This document shows positions 13,093-21,872 of a stretch of DNA of 29,340 nt, piece by piece. Position numbers and translations under genes: made by a program. The notes below the pieces were generated by a model. The model saw nothing but the letters and a program-made list of their open reading frames with translations. It was not told the DNA's origin and made no database searches. Each line of letters begins with the position of its first letter. The first letter of the stretch is position 1. Origin of the DNA: Breznakia blatticola (GTDB lineage Bacteria > Bacillota_I > Bacilli_A > Erysipelotrichales > Erysipelotrichaceae); NCBI RefSeq assembly GCF_004365815.1, contig NZ_SODD01000034.1, positions 1 to 29,340 on the forward strand, written 5' to 3'.

Positions 13093-14052
13093 ATGGACAC
13101 AAAATTACACTTTGGAATTGTGAGTACAGCAAGTATTGTTCCTCGCTTTGTTAAGGGGGTAAAAGCAAGTGCAAATAGTGAAGTCGTTGCAATTGCTTCC
13201 AGAGATCTACAAAAAGCACAGGAATATGCAAAAAACTTAGATATCGCAAAAGCATATGGAAGTTATGAAGCGTTGTTTCAAGATCAAGATATCAATATCA
13301 TTTACATCGCAACACCACATTTTGCACATGTTACGTATGCTAAAGCAGCATTAGAGGCAGGAAAACATGTTCTATGTGAAAAGCCAATTACTTTAACAAC
13401 TAGTGATGCAAAAGAACTTTTTGCACTGGCAAAGAAAAAAGGTTTGTTTTTAATGGAAGCGCAAAAAAGTGTGTTTCTACCGACGACGAATTATGTCAAA
13501 ACCTTGATCCAACAAAAGCGTTTGGGAAATCTGCGACATGTAAAGCTATCGTGTTTCTATCCATATATGGAAAATGAAAAAGCATGGATGCTTGATCCAA
13601 GTAAAGGTGGTGGCTCACTTTATGGGAGTGGGTCGTATGCAATTGAATATATGATGTACATATTAGATGCTACAGTCAAATCATATAAAGGAGAGCTTAC
13701 TTATACAACCTATGAGGTAGATGATATTAGTGATCTATCATTTCAAATAGGTGAGGTAGATTGTCGTTCCATTATTTCACGTACAACAAAATATCCAGAT
13801 GAAGCTAGATTTACATTTGATCAAGGCGAAGTGATTGTTCCATACTTCTGGAAAGCCCAAGAAGTGATTGTCTCTTCAAATGGTAAGATAGAAAACTATG
13901 ATTTTGCTAGTGACAGTGAATTTGTCTATGAAGTGATGCATGTAGAATCGTGCATCAATCAAGGGTTAACGTATAGTCCAATTATGACTCCAGAAATGAG
14001 TATATCGACAGTAGAAATGGTAGAACAGGTATATAAAGAGAATCGAAAATAA
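13093..14052 (+). CDS. Gfo/Idh/MocA family NAD(P)-dependent oxidoreductase
   Basis: N-terminal Rossmann segment HFGIVSTASIVPRF..., plus the family signature AGKHVLCEKP. 319 aa. Confidence 0.85.
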   Translation: MDTKLHFGIVSTASIVPRFVKGVKASANSEVVAIASRDLQKAQEYAKNLDIAKAYGSYEALFQDQDINIIYIATPHFAHVTYAKAALEAGKHVLCEKPITLTTSDAKELFALAKKKGLFLMEAQKSVFLPTTNYVKTLIQQKRLGNLRHVKLSCFYPYMENEKAWMLDPSKGGGSLYGSGSYAIEYMMYILDATVKSYKGELTYTTYEVDDISDLSFQIGEVDCRSIISRTTKYPDEARFTFDQGEVIVPYFWKAQEVIVSSNGKIENYDFASDSEFVYEVMHVESCINQGLTYSPIMTPEMSISTVEMVEQVYKENRK

Positions 14053-14101
14053 GCATGAATAAGCTATAATTTTGGGTAAATATGGGCAATCGCAAACTAG
14101 A

Positions 14102-14128
14102 TTAGCACTTCGCTTGATTAAGTGCTAA
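14102..14128 (+). promoter_or_regulatory. CIRCE element (HrcA operator)
   Basis: TTAGCACTT-N9-AAGTGCTAA is a perfect inverted repeat, against the consensus TTAGCACTC-N9-GAGTGCTAA. It overlaps the -35/spacer of the hsp20 promoter. Confidence 0.85.
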
Positions 14129-14141
14129 GCAGTGTTATAAT
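14114..14141 (+). promoter_or_regulatory. hsp20 promoter
   Basis: TTGATT (14114-14119), 16-nt spacer, TGtTATAAT (TATAAT = 14136-14141). Confidence 0.6.
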
Positions 14142-14197
14142 ACAAGTATCCTAGGAAAGGATAGTATAAATAGCATTAAGAAATGGAGGCGATGACT

Positions 14198-14611
14198 ATG
14201 AAATTACTACCAGGATTTAGTTTATTTGATGATGTGTTTGATGACAATTTCTTTAGACCTGTCAATAAGACATCAAGTTTTATGAAAACAGATATTCGTG
14301 AAGTTGATGGAAACTATGTATTGGATATGGAATTGCCAGGCTATAATAAGGAAGACATCAAAATCGCACTTAAGGATGGTTACTTGACAGTAACAGCTAC
14401 ACGCAATGATGACAAGGAAGACAAAGACGATAAAGGAAATGTAGTTCGTCGTGAACGTTTTGCAGGAACATGCACAAGAAGTTTCTATGTCTCAGATGCA
14501 GTTACTGAAGAAGACATTAAGGCCAAATATGATAATGGTGAGTTACATATAACTTTCCCAAAAGATAAACCAAAAGAAATTGCAGAAAGTAAACCAATTG
14601 CAATTGAATAA
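14198..14611 (+). CDS. hsp20: Hsp20/alpha-crystallin family small heat-shock protein
   Basis: Alpha-crystallin domain (DIREVDGNYVLDMELPGYNKEDIKIALKDGYLTVTA...RRERFAGTCTRSFYV....I.AKYDNGELHITFPK). ATG 14198 is preferred over 14183 because GGAGG (14185-14189) lies 8 nt upstream of it. Confidence 0.9.
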   Translation: MKLLPGFSLFDDVFDDNFFRPVNKTSSFMKTDIREVDGNYVLDMELPGYNKEDIKIALKDGYLTVTATRNDDKEDKDDKGNVVRRERFAGTCTRSFYVSDAVTEEDIKAKYDNGELHITFPKDKPKEIAESKPIAIE

Positions 14612-14617
14612 TGAATA

Positions 14618-14640
14618 GGGTGGACAAGTTCCACCTTTTC
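14618..14640 (+). terminator. Rho-independent terminator after hsp20
   Basis: GGGTGGA-caag-TTCCACC followed by TTTTCATTT. Confidence 0.7.
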
Positions 14641-14706
14641 ATTTGAATGCATGAAATGTATAAATACAGACAATCTATGGTATAACGTAAATAAGGATGG
14701 TGCTTT

Positions 14707-15231
14707 ATGGAAAGGTTAATAGAAACATTAAAAGAAAGATTTGAAAGTCATATGTATCGTCATCCACACACTTCGTGGAAAATGATTGAACCTTTACTTA
14801 CAGATGAAATTTTAGTAAGTTTACAAGCAATGGAAGCAAGTGGTGGTGAAATTGATGTAGTAGAAGATTTACCCAATGTAGGTTTGGCATATGTGGATAT
14901 GGTAACAGAAAGTCCAAAAGCAAGAGCAGGTGCTTGTTATGATGAAAAAGCGCGACTTGAACGAAAGAAAAATGCACCAAATACAAGCGTAGAAAAATTA
15001 GTTGATGACATGCAAGTAAACGTACTTGATGAAGATCAATATCGTTATTTACAAAGTATTGAAGATCTTGATTGCAAAACAAGTAGTTGGCTAAAAACAC
15101 CAGAAGCGATACGTGCACTTGGTGGAGCTTTATTTGGTGATAAACGTTACAATCATGTGTTTGTATATCATAATAGTGCGGATTCCTATTATTCTTCACG
15201 AGGATTTCGTACCTATAAACCACTTACATAG
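14707..15231 (+). CDS. DUF4256 family protein
   Basis: SD AGGATGGTG upstream. The C-terminal pattern KTSSWLKTPEAIRALGGALFGDKRYNHVFVYHNSADSYYSSRGFR matches my recollection of DUF4256 proteins. Function unknown. Confidence 0.65.
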   Translation: MERLIETLKERFESHMYRHPHTSWKMIEPLLTDEILVSLQAMEASGGEIDVVEDLPNVGLAYVDMVTESPKARAGACYDEKARLERKKNAPNTSVEKLVDDMQVNVLDEDQYRYLQSIEDLDCKTSSWLKTPEAIRALGGALFGDKRYNHVFVYHNSADSYYSSRGFRTYKPLT

Positions 15232-15257
15232 AAAAAGGAAGCGCGTGCTTCCTTTTT
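15232..15257. terminator. Bidirectional terminator between convergent DUF4256 and tyrA
   Basis: AAAAAGGAAGC-gcgt-GCTTCCTTTTT is a GC-rich 6-7 bp stem flanked by A5 and T5. Confidence 0.8.
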
Positions 15258-15258
15258 G

Positions 15259-16104
15259 CTATTTATCGAACTTTTTACGACGATTGGTACTTTGAATAAA
15301 CAGGTGTTTCATCGTTTCTTCATCATCGTTTTTCAATGCTTGTTTAAAGGTATCTAGGGAAGCTTCAAATGCTTCGATTTCCTCTAATAGAATATCCTTA
15401 TTGAATAAGAAGAGTTCGCTCCACATATCTTCATTGATTTTGGCGATTCTTGTTAGATCACGAAAGGAATCTCCAGTGTAATCAACCAACTTATCATGAT
15501 CGTGCGTATTCATTAAACTTACAGCAATTACATGGGTAAGTTGACTTAGAAATCCAATCATTCGATCATGCTCATCAATACTTAATAGTGAGATGTGATG
15601 AAACTTTAAGATATCAGCAACATCCATCATAGCATTGATCGCTTTTTCGCTATTGTCTACAGTTGGAACAATAATGAAGTTTGCTTGTCTGAATATCGAA
15701 GGATCTGCATGTTCAATTCCACTGACTTCTTTTCCAGCCATCGGGTGTGTTGAAATAAATTCGGCATCCACATCTTTTAAGATATATTGAATTGGCTTTA
15801 CAACATTACGCTTTACCCCTGCGATATCTGATACAATTGCACCTGGTTTAAAGTCATGCTTATGTTCTTGTATCCACTGAATCATCACTTTGGGATATAA
15901 ACATAGAATGACAATGTCAGCTTTATGTATATCGCTTGGTTGGATACTTCCTTCAGTGATGAAATTGTTCGCTAGCGCATAATCAATTGTTTCTTGACGT
16001 CTAGCAATCCCAATCACATGATATCCAGCATCATGTAGACCTTTGGCATAACTACCACCAAGTAAACCTAAACCAACAATTGCATATACAGGTTTATTTG
16101 ACAT
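15259..16104 (-). CDS. tyrA: Prephenate dehydrogenase
   Basis: NAD-binding IVGLGLLGGSYAKGL plus the HPMAG motif. ATG 16104 (MSNKPVYAIVG) is preferred, with GAGGTG upstream. It overlaps the aroA 3' end by 11 nt. The longer ORF-track start at 16125 is a GTG. Confidence 0.9.
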   Translation of the reverse strand: MSNKPVYAIVGLGLLGGSYAKGLHDAGYHVIGIARRQETIDYALANNFITEGSIQPSDIHKADIVILCLYPKVMIQWIQEHKHDFKPGAIVSDIAGVKRNVVKPIQYILKDVDAEFISTHPMAGKEVSGIEHADPSIFRQANFIIVPTVDNSEKAINAMMDVADILKFHHISLLSIDEHDRMIGFLSQLTHVIAVSLMNTHDHDKLVDYTGDSFRDLTRIAKINEDMWSELFLFNKDILLEEIEAFEASLDTFKQALKNDDEETMKHLFIQSTNRRKKFDK

Positions 16105-17365
16105 AGTGCACCTCAATGCCAACACTTGCTAGATCTTCAAAGAAGGTTGGATATGACTTATTGATGTACTCTGCTTCATCAATAATCACTTTATCTTTCA
16201 TGCAGGTTGCTGCAATCGCTAATGCCATAACAATGCGGTGATCTTTATGTCCACTTAATTGTCGTGTTGCTTCATATGGTGGATTTCCGTGAATCGTAAT
16301 CGTATCTGGTGTACTTGAATAATTAACACTGCATGCTTGAAGTTCATTTTCCATTGCAAGAATACGATCACTTTCTTTTAATCGTAAACGACCTGCATTG
16401 ATAATGGTGCTTTCTTTTTGTGTATACATTTGTAGTACATTTAATATAGGTCCTAAATCCGGACAGTTTTCTAAATTGATCGTTGCTGGAGATAGTTGTG
16501 ATTTTTTTATTTCATAGCCAAAAGGTATGGGAGTAACATCCACATGGAAATCTCTTAAGATATCAATGATTTGCTTATCTCCTTGCTTACTATCATGGGA
16601 TAATCCAGTGATTGTTAAGTCATTGTTGATGGCAGCTAAGACTGCAAAGAAACCTGCTTGTGAGTAATCACCTTCGATTGTGTAATCTGCAGCTTGGTAT
16701 GTTTGATTTCCTTTAATGTATAGCGTATATGGATCTTGATAGACAACATCAATTCCATAATGTGCAAGCATTTGAAGGGTTAAATCAACATAACTGCGAC
16801 TTTCATAAGGTGCTTGGATATGGATGGTTGAATCTTGTTTTAGTAAAGGTAAAGCAAATAGTAAGCCAGAGATGAATTGACTAGATACATCACCAGCTAA
16901 GCTATATGCACCTGGTTGTAAACTACCTTGAATACGAATACATGATGCATCTTGTGTGTAATGTAATTGTTTCTCATGAAATAGGTCTTCATATACTTTT
17001 TGTGGGCGCTTAAGTAAGCGGTTTTCACCAGTAAATGAAACATTTTTATTCGTTAGTGAGAAAATTGGAATGAAGAAGCGTAAAGTACTTCCACTTTCCT
17101 TACAAAACACATCTTGGTTATCTGCAAATGAGGCAAAGTCAATTCCACCATCAATGATAACTTGATCATCCTTTGTTTCTATATGTGCACCAAGTTGTTG
17201 CATCCCTGCAATCGTCACAAGAATATCATCAGAAAATGCAACATTCGAAATGATGCTTCTTCCTTTAGCTAAACTTGCACAAATAATTGCACGGTGTGAC
17301 ATACTTTTTGAAGGTGGGAGATGTACACTTCCAGAACATTTGGAAGGTGTAATTTCTACTTTCAT
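16094..17365 (-). CDS. aroA: 3-phosphoshikimate 1-carboxyvinyltransferase (EPSP synthase)
   Basis: LPPSKSMSHRAIICASLA, RPQKVYEDL.., DHRIVMALAIAA. 423 aa. Its ATG overlaps the aroF stop codon (TAATG). Confidence 0.95.
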   Translation of the reverse strand: MKVEITPSKCSGSVHLPPSKSMSHRAIICASLAKGRSIISNVAFSDDILVTIAGMQQLGAHIETKDDQVIIDGGIDFASFADNQDVFCKESGSTLRFFIPIFSLTNKNVSFTGENRLLKRPQKVYEDLFHEKQLHYTQDASCIRIQGSLQPGAYSLAGDVSSQFISGLLFALPLLKQDSTIHIQAPYESRSYVDLTLQMLAHYGIDVVYQDPYTLYIKGNQTYQAADYTIEGDYSQAGFFAVLAAINNDLTITGLSHDSKQGDKQIIDILRDFHVDVTPIPFGYEIKKSQLSPATINLENCPDLGPILNVLQMYTQKESTIINAGRLRLKESDRILAMENELQACSVNYSSTPDTITIHGNPPYEATRQLSGHKDHRIVMALAIAATCMKDKVIIDEAEYINKSYPTFFEDLASVGIEVHYVK

Positions 17366-18384
17366 TAGATATCTCTCCCGATAACTTGCGCAATTTCTCT
17401 CGCTTTTTCAATTAATGCTTTAAAACGTTTTGGTTTTAAACATTGATCTCCATCAGAGAATGCATTTTCTGGATCATTATGTACTTCAATAATTAGTCCA
17501 TCTGCTCCAGCAGCAACCGCTGCTAGTGAAGCACTTTCTACAAGTGACCAATCTCCAGTTGCGTGTGAAGGATCGATCACGATTGGTAAGTGTGTTTTAC
17601 GTTTAATAATTGGAATCACACTTAAATCTAACGTATTTCTTGTCTCTGTTTCAAATGTACGAATTCCACGTTCGCAGAAGATAACGTTTGGGTTTCCATT
17701 TGCCATAATGTATTCTGCACTCATAATCCATTCATCAATCGTGTTGGCAAATCCACGTTTTAATAAGATTGGTTTTGTGGTACGTTTTCCTAATTCTTTT
17801 AGCAATTCAAAGTTTTGCATATTTCTTGCCCCAATTTGAATTACATCTACGTATCTTTCGAATTCATCAATTTTGTCAGCACTCATAAGCTCACTAACAA
17901 TTGGCAATCCAGTTTCTTCTCGTGCTTTTACCATGGCAAGAATTCCATCGGTTTGCATCCCTTGGAATGCGTATGGTGATGTACGTGGTTTGTATGCTCC
18001 ACCACGAAGCATTTTTCCACCTGCATCTTTTACGTCTTTGGCAAGTTGGACAACCATTTCTTCACTTTCAACGGAACATGGTCCACCAATTACCACAATT
18101 TTTTCTTGTCCACCAATCTTGATTCCATTGATATCAAAGATGGTATCTGTTGGGTGCATTTGACGTGAAGCAAGTTTGTATTTTGCGGCAATACGCGTAA
18201 CGTGTTCAACGCTTTCGTTTGCCATAATGCGTTTTTCATCGATTGCGGTTGTATCCCCAGTTAATCCATAAATCGTAAGGTCGCTACCTTGAATTTCAAC
18301 AGCAGTAACACCGAGTGTTTCTAACTTATCGATTAATTTCTTGACCGCTTGTTGGTCAGCATTTTTCTTTATCGTAATAATCAT
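17365..18384 (-). CDS. aroF: 3-deoxy-7-phosphoheptulonate (DAHP) synthase, type I-beta, with an N-terminal ferredoxin-like regulatory domain
   Basis: Catalytic core GPCSVESEE...LRGGAYKPRTSPYAFQG...KRG....EW...AEYI...GN..V.CERGIRTFE...RNTLD. It is preceded by a ~75-aa extra domain (MIITIKKNADQQAVKKLIDKLETLGVTAVEIQGSDLTIYGLTGD) like the Thermotoga-type FL domain. Confidence 0.92.
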   Translation of the reverse strand: MIITIKKNADQQAVKKLIDKLETLGVTAVEIQGSDLTIYGLTGDTTAIDEKRIMANESVEHVTRIAAKYKLASRQMHPTDTIFDINGIKIGGQEKIVVIGGPCSVESEEMVVQLAKDVKDAGGKMLRGGAYKPRTSPYAFQGMQTDGILAMVKAREETGLPIVSELMSADKIDEFERYVDVIQIGARNMQNFELLKELGKRTTKPILLKRGFANTIDEWIMSAEYIMANGNPNVIFCERGIRTFETETRNTLDLSVIPIIKRKTHLPIVIDPSHATGDWSLVESASLAAVAAGADGLIIEVHNDPENAFSDGDQCLKPKRFKALIEKAREIAQVIGRDI

Positions 18385-18397
18385 TTGTTTTGTCCCC

Positions 18398-19669
18398 CTA
18401 CATATTTATGATTGTGATTTGGTTGGTATATGTTGCGATTGCTTGATCCACCGCAACCACGAGTGTATCGTGGTTGGTAATGGTTACATCACTATAGCTT
18501 TCGTATAATGGTGCACGCGTATCATATAGTTGTTGAATTGCTTCTTTACTAGAACTTAGTGGTCTTGATGGATCACTAAGTAATTGGTCGATATCTCGAT
18601 CAATATAAATAAGGAAGCCATTGTGTTGTAAATTCTTAATATTCTCATAGTTCTTAACAATTCCTCCACCACATGAAATAACTACGTGATGTGAATTAGC
18701 AAGTTCTTTTGTGACTTGTGTTTCTATTTCGCGAAAAGCAGCTTCACCATGTAATTCAAAATACTTGGCAATTGGCATTTGGATGCGTTCAACAATTTGT
18801 GCATCAATATCGATAACCTCACGCTTTAGCTTTGTACATACTTCATTTGCGATGGTAGTTTTGCCACTACTAGGCATACCGATAAACACTAAGTTACTTT
18901 GTTCAAGTAAGAGTTCTTGGTAAATGCTCTCAATATGTACATCATCAATGGTGATGTCTTTAAAATACTCAACTGCATATTTTGCTTGTGCAACTAACAT
19001 TTCAAGTCCATTTACACAAGGAATGTTATACTTTTTCGCTTCTAATAGAAAACTGGTACGCAGTGGATTGTATATTACATCCACACATGCTTCAAGTTTA
19101 TCAAATCCATCAAGGTCAATTGGCGATGCATCAACTTGTGGTGACATTCCTACTGGTGTTGTTTGAATGATAATTTCACAGTCTCTATGCTTTTTATAGA
19201 TTTCATCGAGTGTCATAGTTTCTTTACTAGCGATGATATCAACAATCAACACTTGTTTTGCATTTGCTTGATGTACAACTTCTTGAATTGCTTTACTGGC
19301 TCCACCGTTTCCCATGATTAGCACTTTTTTTCCTTGTAAGGAAATGTTGTGTTTTCGTAAGGTATATGCAAAACCTAAGTAATCCGTATTATAGCCGATC
19401 AATTTTCCATCTCGATTCACGATAGTGTTTACAGCACCGATACGTTTGGCACTTTCATCGATTTCATCAAGATAAGGAATTACGGTTTGCTTATATGGTA
19501 TTGTCACATTAATCGCTTTAAAATCTTTTGCTTTCATAAATGCATCGATATCCTCTTTTGCGATTTCTTTTAGTTGGTATGTATAGTCACTTACGAGTTG
19601 TTCGTGAATGACTTTGGAAAAACTATGACCGAGTTTTTCACCAATTAATCCGTATTCCATATTATTCAC
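18398..19669 (-). CDS. aroE: Bifunctional shikimate dehydrogenase / shikimate kinase (AroE-AroK fusion)
   Basis: The N-terminal ~255 aa carry AroE motifs (GLIGEKLGHSFS, NVTIPYKQ, GAVNTIV, GYNTDYLGF, GNGGASKA). The C-terminal ~165 aa carry AroK motifs (NLVFIGMPSSGKTT, DID, FRE.E, ISCGGG). Confidence 0.9.
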   Translation of the reverse strand: MNNMEYGLIGEKLGHSFSKVIHEQLVSDYTYQLKEIAKEDIDAFMKAKDFKAINVTIPYKQTVIPYLDEIDESAKRIGAVNTIVNRDGKLIGYNTDYLGFAYTLRKHNISLQGKKVLIMGNGGASKAIQEVVHQANAKQVLIVDIIASKETMTLDEIYKKHRDCEIIIQTTPVGMSPQVDASPIDLDGFDKLEACVDVIYNPLRTSFLLEAKKYNIPCVNGLEMLVAQAKYAVEYFKDITIDDVHIESIYQELLLEQSNLVFIGMPSSGKTTIANEVCTKLKREVIDIDAQIVERIQMPIAKYFELHGEAAFREIETQVTKELANSHHVVISCGGGIVKNYENIKNLQHNGFLIYIDRDIDQLLSDPSRPLSSSKEAIQQLYDTRAPLYESYSDVTITNHDTLVVAVDQAIATYTNQITIINM

Positions 19670-20759
19670 CTACCCATGCTGGACCAAATTGTTGGATGCA
19701 TAGATCCAATATCCCAATAGCAACAACACTATCCACGACAACACGTGCACGGTGTACAATGGCAGGATCATGACGTCCTTCAATTTGGATGGTTGTATTT
19801 TCTTTTGTTTGATAGTCAATGGTTTCTTGTTCAATAAAGATGGAAGGAGTCGGTTTCACGACCGTTTTTAGATGTAATGGCATTCCATTAGAAATTCCAC
19901 CATTGATTCCACCATTATAATTCGTTTTGGTTTTCACCGTTTCTTGATCCATATAGAAGGCATCATTTACTTCGCTTCCATTGAAGTTGCAAAATTCAAA
20001 ACCCAGACCAAATTCAACTCCCTTAATTGCAGGAATAGAAAATAGTAATTTTGCTAGGACGCTTTCTAGGCTTGAGAAGAACGGTTCACCAACACCCGTA
20101 GGCATACCTAGCACCATTGTTTCTAAAATTCCACCTGTAGAGTCACCGGTTTTAGCTAGTGTTTCAATGCGTTCTTGCATTTGCTTGCTAACTTCTACAT
20201 CACATACAGGAAAATAGGTTTGATTGAGTTCTTGCAATACAGATACGGCAACATCTTCACTTTCTGGGAAGGGGATATCTTGTAGTTCTTGTAGTTTTGC
20301 AATATGAGTTCCAATAACGATTCCTTTTTTTTCTAGGATGTGACGTGCAATACTTCCTGCTGCCACAAGTGGAGCAGTAAGCCTACCAGAGAAGTGACCA
20401 CCACCACGATAATCTTGATAGCCACGATATTTTTCGTTGGCTGTATAGTCTGCATGCGATGGACGCATTTTATCGTTATGATAGTCCTTAGAGTGCGTAT
20501 TGCTGTTTTCAAATAAAATGCAAAGTGGTGTACCTGTGGTATGTCCATTAAAATACCCACTTACAACATGAAGTTCATCACGTTCTTTACGACTTGTTGA
20601 TATTTTTCCTTTTGGTTTTCGTAAATCTAAGAAGTGATTGATATAGTTTTCATCAAGCGGGATACCTGCAGGTAAACCGTTGATCAAAACTCCAATGGCT
20701 TCTCCATGAGATTCACCAAATAGGGATATTTGTAATGCTTCACCAATACTACTTTTCAT
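19662..20759 (-). CDS. aroC: Chorismate synthase
   Basis: FGESHGEAIG, RPSHADYTA..KYG..DYRGGGHFSGR, RHDP. Overlaps aroB by 11 nt and aroE::K by 8 nt. Confidence 0.95.
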   Translation of the reverse strand: MKSSIGEALQISLFGESHGEAIGVLINGLPAGIPLDENYINHFLDLRKPKGKISTSRKERDELHVVSGYFNGHTTGTPLCILFENSNTHSKDYHNDKMRPSHADYTANEKYRGYQDYRGGGHFSGRLTAPLVAAGSIARHILEKKGIVIGTHIAKLQELQDIPFPESEDVAVSVLQELNQTYFPVCDVEVSKQMQERIETLAKTGDSTGGILETMVLGMPTGVGEPFFSSLESVLAKLLFSIPAIKGVEFGLGFEFCNFNGSEVNDAFYMDQETVKTKTNYNGGINGGISNGMPLHLKTVVKPTPSIFIEQETIDYQTKENTTIQIEGRHDPAIVHRARVVVDSVVAIGILDLCIQQFGPAWVGE

Positions 20760-21768
20760 GATGACTCCTTTCTATCAGTTGTTGTATTTCACTGAGTTCT
20801 AATGCTTGTATATACGAGTGACCAGGTACATCTACCCGGATTACATCGATATGCGTTTGTTTTGCTTTTTTATCTTTTGCGATGATTTGCATCACTTCTT
20901 GGATATCATAATCAACATCTACAGGAATATGCATGTTTTGTAAGATGGTTTTTACTTGTTGTTGCAAAGTAGGATCATCAAGGAAATACAACATACCTAA
21001 AGCCACGCATTCACCGTGATAATATGTTTTTAAATCGTAGTATGCTTCAATTCCATGACCAATAGTATGACCAAAGTTTAAGGTCTTGCGTAAACCACTT
21101 TCTTTTTCATCTTGTTCAACAACTGCTTTTTTTACAAGTAAGGCTTTATAAACGATTGTTTCCAGTTGATCCATATAATTATCTTGTTTAAAGATTTCAT
21201 ATAAGGAAGCATCGTGAATCAATCCTGCTTTTAAAGCTTCAACTAATCCACTTTGAATGTGTCGTTTAGGTAAACTATCCAAAGTGGTAAAATCAATAAA
21301 TACTGCATCTGGGTGATAAAAGGCACCGATAATGTTTTTTACATGATCTAAATTGATTGCTACTTTACCACCGATACTACTATCGATTTGTGAGAGTGTG
21401 GTTGTTGGAATGGACATAAAGGAAATTCCACGCATATAACTACTTGCGACAAATCCACCAAGATCACCAATAACACCACCACCTAAGGCAATCAATACAT
21501 CACTGCGTTGCATACCATAAGCTAGACAAGCTTCACACACTTCTTTATACGTTGCAAAACTCTTACTTCCTTCGCCTGGTACTACCTTATATATTGTACT
21601 TTGTTTGCAGTAGGATTGCACTTTACTTACAAGGTATTCAGGAATGTTTGTATCCGTTAAAATGAAGTATTTTTTTGTGTCACTGACAAAATCTTGAAGT
21701 TTATCAATGGTATTTTCTCCTAAGAAGATAGGATATGATTTGTGATCAAGATTGATTTGAATTTCCAT
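20749..21768 (-). CDS. aroB: 3-dehydroquinate synthase
   Basis: GGGVIGDLGGFVAS.YMRGI.F..IPTTLLSQIDSSIGGK, and HTIGHGIE. ATG 21768 (MEIQINL) is preferred, with SD GGAGAG (21780-21775). The 22 upstream codons of the ORF-track model run through the terminator. Confidence 0.92.
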   Translation of the reverse strand: MEIQINLDHKSYPIFLGENTIDKLQDFVSDTKKYFILTDTNIPEYLVSKVQSYCKQSTIYKVVPGEGSKSFATYKEVCEACLAYGMQRSDVLIALGGGVIGDLGGFVASSYMRGISFMSIPTTTLSQIDSSIGGKVAINLDHVKNIIGAFYHPDAVFIDFTTLDSLPKRHIQSGLVEALKAGLIHDASLYEIFKQDNYMDQLETIVYKALLVKKAVVEQDEKESGLRKTLNFGHTIGHGIEAYYDLKTYYHGECVALGMLYFLDDPTLQQQVKTILQNMHIPVDVDYDIQEVMQIIAKDKKAKQTHIDVIRVDVPGHSYIQALELSEIQQLIERSHHEK

Positions 21769-21786
21769 AAAAAACTCTCCTTTAAT

Positions 21787-21828
21787 AAAAAAAGCACCAA
21801 CATCAATTGCTGTGCCTAGTTGTGTGCC
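21787..21828 (-). terminator. Leader terminator (attenuator) immediately upstream of the aroB SD
   Basis: RNA is GGCACACAACUAGGCACAGCAAUUGAUGUUGGUGC + U7 (21793-21787). The 3' arm GUUGGUGC can pair either with GCAC(A)CAAC (21827-21819) or, as UGUUGGUGC, with GGCACAGCA (21816-21808; 8 bp, one bulge, 5-nt loop). Confidence 0.6.
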
Positions 21829-21872
21829 AAACATGAATAAATAACCAATACATTGTATTAGTTTGTTTGGCT

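Noticed and set aside
14147-14163. hsp20 5'-UTR hairpin considered as an RNA thermometer.
   Set aside because: The 6-bp stem does not sequester the SD (GGAGG 14185-14189) or the start codon. No ROSE or fourU signature is present.
14798-15223. 141-aa minus-strand ORF opposite the DUF4256 gene.
   Set aside because: Its translation is His/Leu/Gln-rich nonsense-like sequence. The plus-strand ORF has the SD and family-like motifs.
17873-20560. Shadow ORFs inside aroF, aroE::aroK and aroC (17873-18163, 17901-18122, 18711-19170, 19981-20217, 20333-20560).
   Set aside because: They are embedded in well-supported biosynthetic genes on the other strand or in another frame, with no independent signals.
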